Assembly: GCA_963838135.1 (NCBI GenBank)
Contig: CAWIPV010000008.1
Coordinates: 693,464 to 757,463 of the forward strand
Length of the DNA: 64,000 nt
Direction: 5' to 3'
DNA from: an uncultured Acidobacteriota bacterium
Lineage (GTDB): Bacteria > Acidobacteriota > Terriglobia > Terriglobales > Acidobacteriaceae
Shown here: positions 56,298 through 64,000 of the stretch, in pieces
Layout of the letters: each line of letters opens with the position of its first letter
Position numbering within the stretch: position 1 is the stretch's first letter
Position numbers and translations under genes: made by a program
Notes under the pieces: model-generated
Told to the model about the DNA's origin: nothing
The model's input: the letters and a program-made list of their open reading frames with translations, nothing else
Database searches by the model: none

Positions 56298-58013
56298 ATG
56301 CCGACTTCCGACTCAGTCTCGTTTGGGGATTTCCTTGCTGATCTGGTCAGTTGGGAGTTGTTTCGGCGCGGGCGTAAGCTTCCACTTCAGGAAAAGCCGT
56401 TTCGTGTGCTCGCCGTTCTGCTGCGCAACGCCGGTCGTGTAGTCGGCCGCGAGGAACTGATCCGGGAATTCTGGCCCGGCCCACTTGCTGCCGATGACGG
56501 ATTAAACACCGCCGTTCGCAAGATTCGCCAGGCACTGCACGATGACCCAAAACGGCCCAAATACATCGAGACGGTCGGGCATGTCGGCTACCGCTTTATC
56601 TGCCCCCTTCAAGCGCCCATGCCCAGGGACCGATCCCCAAGCCTTATCCGGATTGGACTCTTGCGGTTCAATCAAATTTCCGAGTCGGACCCGAATTCAG
56701 TTTTTGCGGACGGTCTCGCCGAGGAGATCGTCTCGAATCTAGGCCATCTCCGTCCTCATGTTTTGGTGGTCACCTTGTTGCGCTACCAGGAACTAGCGAC
56801 GGCGATACCTGTCTGCCGACGACTAGGTGTGGATTGGGTCATGACGGGGACCGTGCGTAGGCAAGGGGAACGCGTTCGCCTTACGGTCAAACTTCAGGGC
56901 GTAGGCACAGAGGAGGTCCGCTGGGCGAAGACCTTCGAACGCGATCTCGACGACGTGTTCCGGGTACAGGATTGGTTCGCGGCTTCCGTGACAAAGAGTT
57001 TGGCTGAGTCATTCGGGATTGGTGACACTGGGCAAGTGGCTGTGCAATCGGTCTCAGCAGTAAGGCAGCTTTACCTGAAGGCGCGCTTCTTCTGGAATAA
57101 GCGGACCGCTGAAAATCTGCGCACGGCAGCCGAGACGTTCCGCGAATGTATCGAAGTAGACCCGTCGTTCGCTCCGGCCTACGCTGGACTCGCCGACACT
57201 GCAATCATGCAAGCAAAGCATGGCTTTGTTTTCCCTAATGCGGCATATAGCGAGGCCAAGCAATTGGCGCTCAAGGCGCTCGAACTCGACAATTCGCTCG
57301 CCGAGGCCTATGTGCCGCTGGCCTGGAGCGACCTGGTTTGCGGCCGTAACTGGGACGGCGCCGAGCGACAATTCAAGCAGGCCATCGAACTCAATCCAAA
57401 CTACGCGTTCGCCCATAGCGGCTATGCACACCTGCTGACCGCTTTAGCGCGTTTCGACGAGGCCGAACGCGCTTTTCAGAAGGCGCTCGAACTCGATCCG
57501 CTATCGCTACCCATTAACACCCTCTTCGGTTTGATGCTCTACTACAAAGGAGACTACCAAGGCGCAATCCGCCAGTTGCAAGACACGCTCAAACTCGATT
57601 CCTACACCCCGCTTGCGCGTGGCTCATTGGCGCTGGCCTATGCAGTCACGGGCCAATGGCCGGCCGCTGTCACGCATGCGCGCACCGCAGTCGAGATCAG
57701 TGCCGCGAGTCCGCTGATGTTGGGGACGCTCGGCTATGTTTGCGCAGGTGCCGGCCTCATCGCAGAAGCCCGAGAGGTCCTGCGGCAGTTGGAGCCAATA
57801 GACTCGCAAACCTGGGTGTACCCCTACGCTTTGGTTCTCGTGCATCTCGGCTTGGGATCCTACGAAGCCGCGATCGATCAACTTGAAGCCGGGGAACGGA
57901 TACACTCAGCGTGGATCTTGTTCTCCGCCGTGAATCCGAAGTTTGCACCGCTGCACCCCTACCCCCGGTTCCGCGCACTGCTTCAGGTGCTGAAGCTGAA
58001 ACTGAAGGAATAA
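56298..58013 (+). CDS. CadC/OmpR-like winged-helix DNA-binding protein fused to a TPR domain
   Basis: FGDFLADLVSWELFRRGRKLPLQEKPFRVLAVLL...IETVGHVGYRF, then TPR repeats (AYAGLAD, AYVPLAW, AHSGYAH, ...). It is divergent from gene B. Confidence 0.8.
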   Translation: MPTSDSVSFGDFLADLVSWELFRRGRKLPLQEKPFRVLAVLLRNAGRVVGREELIREFWPGPLAADDGLNTAVRKIRQALHDDPKRPKYIETVGHVGYRFICPLQAPMPRDRSPSLIRIGLLRFNQISESDPNSVFADGLAEEIVSNLGHLRPHVLVVTLLRYQELATAIPVCRRLGVDWVMTGTVRRQGERVRLTVKLQGVGTEEVRWAKTFERDLDDVFRVQDWFAASVTKSLAESFGIGDTGQVAVQSVSAVRQLYLKARFFWNKRTAENLRTAAETFRECIEVDPSFAPAYAGLADTAIMQAKHGFVFPNAAYSEAKQLALKALELDNSLAEAYVPLAWSDLVCGRNWDGAERQFKQAIELNPNYAFAHSGYAHLLTALARFDEAERAFQKALELDPLSLPINTLFGLMLYYKGDYQGAIRQLQDTLKLDSYTPLARGSLALAYAVTGQWPAAVTHARTAVEISAASPLMLGTLGYVCAGAGLIAEAREVLRQLEPIDSQTWVYPYALVLVHLGLGSYEAAIDQLEAGERIHSAWILFSAVNPKFAPLHPYPRFRALLQVLKLKLKE

Positions 58014-58133
58014 CCATCAGCAATCGGGAATCCAGTTAAGGCGCAACTGCGAGAAGCGCAGTCCGGTCTCAAAAGAAATCGTCCGGCGGAAGGGTTGCAA
58101 TTCTCAACTCAGTCCAGGAACTCAAACGAGTCT

Positions 58134-59255
58134 CTAAGGCCGGACACCGGGCGAGGGCTGATTCCCGCGCGAGATCTTTCGAAGAACAAACTCCTGGAGC
58201 AAGGCGCTAATTGCGCCTTCGGCGGTGCCGATAAGCGCATTGTCGATAGTCACTTGGGCTCCATTTCGATTGGTCGAAGGATAGTAGACGTTCGAGATTC
58301 CCGCAGAGGCAAGGTTGCCGAGCACATTGGAATAGTTTGGCTGCCAACGCCCATTATCACCCCTGCAAATAACAACAGTTGAAATGGAATATAGCGCCCT
58401 AGATCCGATACTGCCGGTGCCCTTATAAAAATAGCGAGGATCCTGATGAAGGACCGATGGGAGGATAGCCGCGCCGATTATCGTGCTTATGAAACCGTCG
58501 GAATAAGCAGCGCCATAACGTTTTGCATAACCCTCGCTTCCTTGGCCATAGCCGCTGAAATAATCTTGCCACTGTTCAATTCCGGCAGTAACGCCAGTGA
58601 TCACAAACGCGGTCGGGTCGATCGAAGTCCTCAGTGCAAGCCGGAACTTCTGCTTGGCCGTCAATGGAGCCGCATGCCAGATATAGCTGGTGTAGAAATT
58701 GGGGAACACACCGAGCACACGTTGTTTTTCCTCAGCTTTCATCTGCTCTTCAGCGAGATCATGCTGGGAGAAAGCCACATCAACATCCGTGTTCACTGAC
58801 GCTATCTGTAGCGCAACTTGTGCCAGTTCGCAGGTCCCTCCTGGTGGCAGAACAATCTCGGAGCCCGCCCAAGACGCAAATCCCTTCGACGTGATCGTGA
58901 CTCCGAACTTTCCGGGTTCAAGGCCAGGGAAGTTAAAGTAACCGGCCCCGTCGGTGAGCAGCGTGTGTTGCACTTCGGAGGCACCGGCCTCAAGCGTAAC
59001 GCGAGCGCCCACAATGACATTTCCAGAGGAGTCAGTCACAGTTCCATGAATGCTCCCGTCAGATGGCTGGCCGTGCGCATCAGGCAATCGCTCTTGGGGA
59101 GACTGTTGTGTGCAGATCGCCGGCGCTACTGCAGCCTTTGAGGAGGAAGGAGAGGGAACCGGTTGGCTCGACACAGACTGCGCCTGTGCGCCCAGATTAA
59201 GCATCCCACCCACAAAAGTTGCCAGGATGATGATAATAAAGCGAGTGCTCTGCAT
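58134..59255 (-). CDS. Secreted carboxypeptidase-regulatory-like domain protein with a conserved C-terminal domain (paralog of 20856..21734)
   Basis: Signal peptide, GTVTDSSGNVIVGARVTL...DGAGYFNFPGLEPGKF. The C-terminus shares FPNF, QDPRYFY, NYSNVLG..ASAGISNVYYP and QEF. Confidence 0.65.
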   Translation of the reverse strand: MQSTRFIIIILATFVGGMLNLGAQAQSVSSQPVPSPSSSKAAVAPAICTQQSPQERLPDAHGQPSDGSIHGTVTDSSGNVIVGARVTLEAGASEVQHTLLTDGAGYFNFPGLEPGKFGVTITSKGFASWAGSEIVLPPGGTCELAQVALQIASVNTDVDVAFSQHDLAEEQMKAEEKQRVLGVFPNFYTSYIWHAAPLTAKQKFRLALRTSIDPTAFVITGVTAGIEQWQDYFSGYGQGSEGYAKRYGAAYSDGFISTIIGAAILPSVLHQDPRYFYKGTGSIGSRALYSISTVVICRGDNGRWQPNYSNVLGNLASAGISNVYYPSTNRNGAQVTIDNALIGTAEGAISALLQEFVLRKISRGNQPSPGVRP

Positions 59256-59644
59256 TAGCCGGCCGCCTCACGGCGATGGCGTGAGACGGCCATATTCCCG
59301 TCAAGATGCGAAACACCGTTCTCACAGTTAAACGGGCTCCTGCCGCCGCGATCGCGGAGCGCACCGCAAATGGGGCATAGATCGACGGGCTTTTCACAAC
59401 GGGCACAGAACACCCTCCCCTTTTTTACATAGAGGGCGCGCTTCGGTCTGTCGCCAGCAACGTTGCATTCACAGTGGTTGGATTTTTCTTTCACCGACTC
59501 ATCTTGGCACATCGGGTCGCGAGCCACCCCATAGCGATAGATTGGATGCACCTGTTCATCTTCGTTGAAAGATGCCCAAAATAGCGCCGTGATTGCAAAC
59601 CACCCAATCACAATGAGCACCGCTGCAATCGTGAATATCGTCAT
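59255..59644 (-). CDS. Small membrane-anchored Cys-rich protein
   Basis: N-terminal TM helix, then CQD..HCECN...CARCEKPVDLCPICG (zinc-ribbon-like). Its stop abuts the downstream start at 59255. Confidence 0.45.
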   Translation of the reverse strand: MTIFTIAAVLIVIGWFAITALFWASFNEDEQVHPIYRYGVARDPMCQDESVKEKSNHCECNVAGDRPKRALYVKKGRVFCARCEKPVDLCPICGALRDRGGRSPFNCENGVSHLDGNMAVSRHRREAAG

Positions 59645-59942
59645 AGATCACTGCGAACCAGGGCGCTAAGTAAGATGCAATGGCTACTCGGAGTTAAAAA
59701 CAAAGGCGATAGCGTCACATGCTGATACGCTGCGTACGGGCACAAACCGCCGAGACGCCCGGCGCTCACCCCGCCGTCGATTTCCTCTAGGCTCCATAGA
59801 CGTGAAATCAGAGCGCAAGGTTCAGGGAAACTGTGTAAAGATTTGGATGTTTTTCGGGCTGCTCCGAAACTTTAACGATTCTTTACACACCCACCGCACC
59901 CTCAATGTTTCCAACGTAGAGGCATAATGGGCCCGCCGAAGA

Positions 59943-62900
59943 GTGGAGGCAATCGTGAGCATTACAAGCGGAGTCCGCCACAATTCAAATTCGTGCAGTC
60001 TCTGCACGACATCGCTTCGCCGAGGCGGGGTGAGGTGCACGCGCATTCTTAGCTATTTCCGTTTCTTACTCGCCGTGCAGGTCCTCGCATTTGCAACACC
60101 ATTGTTTGCGCAAGCCAACAATGGTGTCATCCGTGGTACGGTCGTCGATCCGACGGGCGCCGTGATTCCCAAATCCACTGTCAAAATCACTTCGCCAGAC
60201 GGGCACGCCGTCACAACCGCAACTTCGGACGCTGCCGGCCTTTATCAGGCGCGCAATCTTGCGCCCGGAACTTACATCGTGAATGCGAGCGCCGAAGGTT
60301 TTGCACCGTTTGTTTCCAAAGCCATCAACCTCGAGTCCGGCCAGAGTAAACAGGTTGATATCAAGCTCCAAATTCAGGTGGAGGAGCAACAGGTAGAGGT
60401 GAACGCGGAGACCATGACGGTAGATACCGGTCCGGAAAACAACGCGAACGCCATCATCATCAAAGGCAAGGATCTGGATGCGCTCTCCGACGACCCCGAC
60501 GAACTGCAAAGTGAGTTGCAGGCGCTGGCCGGGCCGGCGGCGGGGCCGAATGGTGGGGAAATCTATATCGACGGCTTTACCGGCGGACAGATTCCGCCGA
60601 AATCCTCTATTCGTGAAATCCGCATCAATCAGAATCCGTTTTCCGCCGAGTTCGACCGCCTCGGCTACGGACGCATCGAGATATTCACCAAACCTGGCAC
60701 TGAGAAACTGCATGGGCAGATCGAGTCTCGCGGCAACGACTCGGTTTTCAACTCGCAAAATCCAATCCTGAATGCAAATCTCCGGCCCGGAGAGCCACGG
60801 CTTCAGGAACCCAGCTACTACTCTTATAGCTTCAACGCGAACGTGGGCGGTCCGATCACCAAGAACAGTTCCTACTTCCTCAGCAGCTTTGTCCGCAACA
60901 ACCAGAACGAAAGCATTGTGGACGCAGTCAATCCGGCAAACATCGACGAAACGCTCAACGAAGCGATCAGCAATCCCAGTTCCCGCATCGACATCAGCCC
61001 TCGATTCGACATTAAGCTTGGCGAGACCAACACGCTCACCATCCGCGACGAATTCTATCGCGCCGTGCGGACCAATGCCGGTCTCAGCGCTCTTACCCTG
61101 CCCGAGCAAGCCTACGACACGCACAGCTTCGAAAATACGCTGCAGGTCAGCGATAGCCTGGTGTTGAATAATCACCTCGTCGACGATATTCGCTTTCAAT
61201 ACCGCCGTATTCGCAATCAGCAACTGCCGCGCTCGACTTTGCCTGCGGTGACGTTGCAGGGGGCCTTTATCAGCGGCGGCAGCAACCCAGGCACAGCGGA
61301 GGATCATCAGGACGACTACGAACTCCAGAACTATTTTGCCGGCTCCCTGGGCAAGCACTCGTTGAATTTCGGCGCTCGCCTGCGCGCATATCGCGACGCG
61401 AACTATACGGACGCAGGCGCGAACAGTTCGTACATTTTCGATACCACGGCGAATTACCTGGCGGGCACGCCGCAGCAATTCACCGTTACCCTCATCAACA
61501 AGTACGTGGCGCGCGCAATCCTCTTCGATTCCGCCCTCTTTTATCAGGACGACTGGAAGTTGAGCCAGCGTTTCACCTTCAGCTATGGAGTACGGTGGGA
61601 GTCGCAAAACCGGATCCACGACAAGGACGACTGGGCGCCACGCGTGACGTTGGCTTATGCACTGGGCAAAACAGGCGGAAAACAGCAGCCAAAGACCGTG
61701 CTGCGCGCCGGCTACGGATGGTTCTACCAGCGATTTACGGTGCCAAACAGCTTCGGATCGACACAGGGTACGCCCTATATCATCCAGGCCATTCACAACA
61801 ACTTTGTGCCGCTTGGCTCTTCGCAGATACCGAATCAGCGTGGCCTCACCATCGACGATCCAAACTTCTTCAATCCCAATCAGCCGGTGACGAACTTCTC
61901 CGGTTCTAGCAGCGCCGCCGCGCCCACTGGTTACTCCGTCGCCCCGCACTTCCATGCCGCTAACGATATGCAGGCAGCCGTGGGCATCGATCGGCAGCTA
62001 AGCAAAGTGATGACCGGCAACGTGACCTACTTGTATAGTCGCGGCGTTCACATGTATCTGACGAACAATGTCAGCGCGGCGGAATTTTTCCCCGAGGAAA
62101 ATATCCAGTCCAATACCTACCCGGCCATCCCTGTCCCTGTGCCTGCGGAAAACAACATGCAATTTCAGTCAGGCGGCGTCTATCGGCAGAACCAGATCAT
62201 CGCTTCCATCACGGCCCGTTACTCCCGCTTCAGCATCTTCGGCTTCTACACTTATAACAACGCGAGGGGAGATACGAGCGGCGTAACCTACACGCCATCT
62301 ATTGCAGGCCATCCCGGAGCCGATTACGGACGCGCCACCTTCGACATACACAGTCGCTTAGTCGTGCTGGGAAGCTTCAACGCGCCGTGGCAGCTAACGT
62401 TCGCGCCGTTTCTATCCGTCAACTCCGGAACCCCTTACAACGTCACCACGGGCAGGGATTTGACCGGCAACAACCAATTCAACGCGCGCCCAACCTTCGC
62501 GGCTAGTTGCGGCCAGGTAAATGCCGTCTCGACGCCCTACGGCTGTCTCGATCCGAACCCGCTGGCAAGCCCAAATGGCTCGGCCGAGAAGATCATCCCG
62601 TACAATCTCGGCACGGGGCCCAGCAATGTGAGCCTCAACCTGCGCATCACCAAAGTATTCGGATTTGGACCACTGGTCAAAGGCGGTGGCGGTGACAGTG
62701 GTGGACCAAGGGGCGGCCCACGCGGTGGTGGCGGACTCGGTGGCCGCGGATTGAGCGGCAATCAAGGCGGACGTGGGAACATGAATGCAACTACGCCACA
62801 CAGATACAACTGGACCTTTGCCGTATATGGCCAGAACGTTTTTAACCATGAGAACCTTGGCCCACCAAATGGAACCGTAACATCTCCTTTCTTTGGGAGG

Positions 62901-62984
62901 TCGCAATCACTTGCAGGCGGCTTCTTTGGTCCCTCCACGGCCGGTAATCGAAGCATTTTTTTGTCAACCACGTTTACCTTTTAG
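59943..62984 (+). CDS. TonB-dependent-receptor-like outer-membrane protein with an N-terminal carboxypeptidase-regulatory-like domain
   Basis: GVIRGTVVDPTGAVIP...YQARNLAPGTYIV, plug-like region (IYIDGFTGG), long beta-barrel, Gly-rich insert, and terminal TFTF. The start is more likely GTG 60029 (signal peptide LLAVQVLAFATPLFAQA). Confidence 0.8.
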   Translation: MEAIVSITSGVRHNSNSCSLCTTSLRRGGVRCTRILSYFRFLLAVQVLAFATPLFAQANNGVIRGTVVDPTGAVIPKSTVKITSPDGHAVTTATSDAAGLYQARNLAPGTYIVNASAEGFAPFVSKAINLESGQSKQVDIKLQIQVEEQQVEVNAETMTVDTGPENNANAIIIKGKDLDALSDDPDELQSELQALAGPAAGPNGGEIYIDGFTGGQIPPKSSIREIRINQNPFSAEFDRLGYGRIEIFTKPGTEKLHGQIESRGNDSVFNSQNPILNANLRPGEPRLQEPSYYSYSFNANVGGPITKNSSYFLSSFVRNNQNESIVDAVNPANIDETLNEAISNPSSRIDISPRFDIKLGETNTLTIRDEFYRAVRTNAGLSALTLPEQAYDTHSFENTLQVSDSLVLNNHLVDDIRFQYRRIRNQQLPRSTLPAVTLQGAFISGGSNPGTAEDHQDDYELQNYFAGSLGKHSLNFGARLRAYRDANYTDAGANSSYIFDTTANYLAGTPQQFTVTLINKYVARAILFDSALFYQDDWKLSQRFTFSYGVRWESQNRIHDKDDWAPRVTLAYALGKTGGKQQPKTVLRAGYGWFYQRFTVPNSFGSTQGTPYIIQAIHNNFVPLGSSQIPNQRGLTIDDPNFFNPNQPVTNFSGSSSAAAPTGYSVAPHFHAANDMQAAVGIDRQLSKVMTGNVTYLYSRGVHMYLTNNVSAAEFFPEENIQSNTYPAIPVPVPAENNMQFQSGGVYRQNQIIASITARYSRFSIFGFYTYNNARGDTSGVTYTPSIAGHPGADYGRATFDIHSRLVVLGSFNAPWQLTFAPFLSVNSGTPYNVTTGRDLTGNNQFNARPTFAASCGQVNAVSTPYGCLDPNPLASPNGSAEKIIPYNLGTGPSNVSLNLRITKVFGFGPLVKGGGGDSGGPRGGPRGGGGLGGRGLSGNQGGRGNMNATTPHRYNWTFAVYGQNVFNHENLGPPNGTVTSPFFGRSQSLAGGFFGPSTAGNRSIFLSTTFTF

Positions 62985-63125
62985 GAACAAAACTCGCTTA
63001 GCGAATCCGGCGACCCAGGGTTAGATCAATAAAACTTCAAAACTGGACGGGAATACGTGTTACACAATTCCGTTTGATAATATCTAATCTCTTGTCGATG
63101 ACATCACCTGCGTGGAGACCACTGC

Positions 63126-63362
63126 ATGACCGAACCAACGTACGAAGAGTTAAAAGCAAAACTCGCCCAACTAGAAGCTAAGCAGCAGCGCGGAAGCACC
63201 ATGAGTTTCAAAGTGAGCGACAAAGGCGGCGTCAGCGTCTATGGACTTGGCCGCTTTCCGGTCACCCTGTATTACGAACAATGGAATAAACTCTTGGACA
63301 GAGCGCAGGACTTGCGCGAGTTTCTTGAAGCAAATAAGGAAAAGCTGAAACTGAAGGAGTAG
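63126..63362 (+). CDS. Small conserved hypothetical protein
   Basis: 78 aa with a coiled-coil N-terminus and the pattern KVSDKGGVSVYGLGRFPVTLYYEQW. No family was recognised. Confidence 0.45.
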   Translation: MTEPTYEELKAKLAQLEAKQQRGSTMSFKVSDKGGVSVYGLGRFPVTLYYEQWNKLLDRAQDLREFLEANKEKLKLKE

Positions 63363-64000
63363 TACACGAGTACCAGCGTATAGACCCTACAGGTCTAATT
63401 CGCCTGTGTTGGCGACGGAGCTAAACGGATACTGCACGGTTTCTGACTAGCCTTCGTGCCCAGCGCGAACGCATTGACAAAGCTATTGCCACGCTGGAAG
63501 CGCTGAACGGGAGCGTCGTCGTCCCAGATTAGAGAACGATCAAAGCTTCCAAACCTGCTTCGAGAAACACGACGAGTTCGCCAAGTCAGACAATATTTTG
63601 GGCTTGCATCAGAACAGGTTCGGGCATAGATTTCTTAACCAATATGTGGTCGAGGAGTGTTCGCTCCGAACCGTGTGTGCGTCTTCTGTTCGTCGTTCTC
63701 GGATTCATTCGCTGCCAGCGTTCCTCTGAGGTTCACCCCTTCAGGATTGGTCCCCGGTTTATCGTAAGCAACGGGTACTGCAAGATTGGCTTAATCGCAC
63801 GCCGATCGATCCAGCAACCGATCGAGAGATAGAAAGTGTCTGCCTCCCGAGAGGAGCACAGATATTCGGAAAATCCGCAAAACAAGAGTGCCCTTCAGCG
63901 GGATGGGAGGAACACCTCCCGCCTCCACTGATATGCGTTTTCAATCTGTTGAGCTTGGCGGCGGGTTGGCCTGTCCGGCAATTGAAGGTCACTGCAGACG

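Noticed and set aside
35900-64000. Mobility genes (integrase, transposase, IS ends, flanking tRNA) that would define the accessory region as a genomic island.
   Set aside because: None was recognised in any frame, so the island idea rests only on composition, gene content and the decay zone.

Overview
The window is high-GC bacterial chromosome. The gene families suggest Acidobacteriota (Terriglobia-like), but that is an inference, since no database search was possible. All calls come from reading the ORF track and the sequence by hand.

Layout:
- 0-33.5 kb is mostly core genome. It holds a TPR gene (truncated and frame-broken), cspA, an HD-GYP-like protein, and a large tungsten/molybdopterin locus. 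That locus contains a sigma-54 activator, tupA-tupB-tupC::moeA, moeB, two further moeA paralogs, an aldehyde:ferredoxin oxidoreductase-family gene, moaD and tatA. After it come pntAA-pntAB-pntB, two NarL-type regulators, psd-pssA, an Asd-like gene, lptE-holA, rpsT, gltX and glnS.
- 33.5-35.9 kb is a gene-decay zone containing a decarboxylase relic, a DUF899 N-terminal relic and a LysR fragment.
- 35.9-64 kb looks AT-richer by eye and behaves like an accessory region. It holds a histidine-kinase/multi-receiver signalling cluster and two giant secreted repeat proteins. It also holds a CadC-like regulator, a TonB-dependent-receptor-like outer membrane protein and several conserved hypotheticals.

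The most striking structure is a 1.2-kb near-perfect inverted repeat. It places the same C-terminal module (one MBG-like plus three CARDB-like domains, plus the terminator) on two convergent and otherwise different giant genes. The repeat brackets a 5-kb cassette carrying ECF sigma/anti-sigma/DJ-1 on one strand and a Tat-metallophosphoesterase/haem-binding/cytochrome c operon on the other.

The second notable item is an ABC-ATPase (TupC-like) reading without a stop codon into a complete MoeA. The junction is a 15-bp x3 tandem repeat that also carries a Shine-Dalgarno-like motif.

I recognised no rRNA, tRNA, CRISPR array, transposase or integrase.
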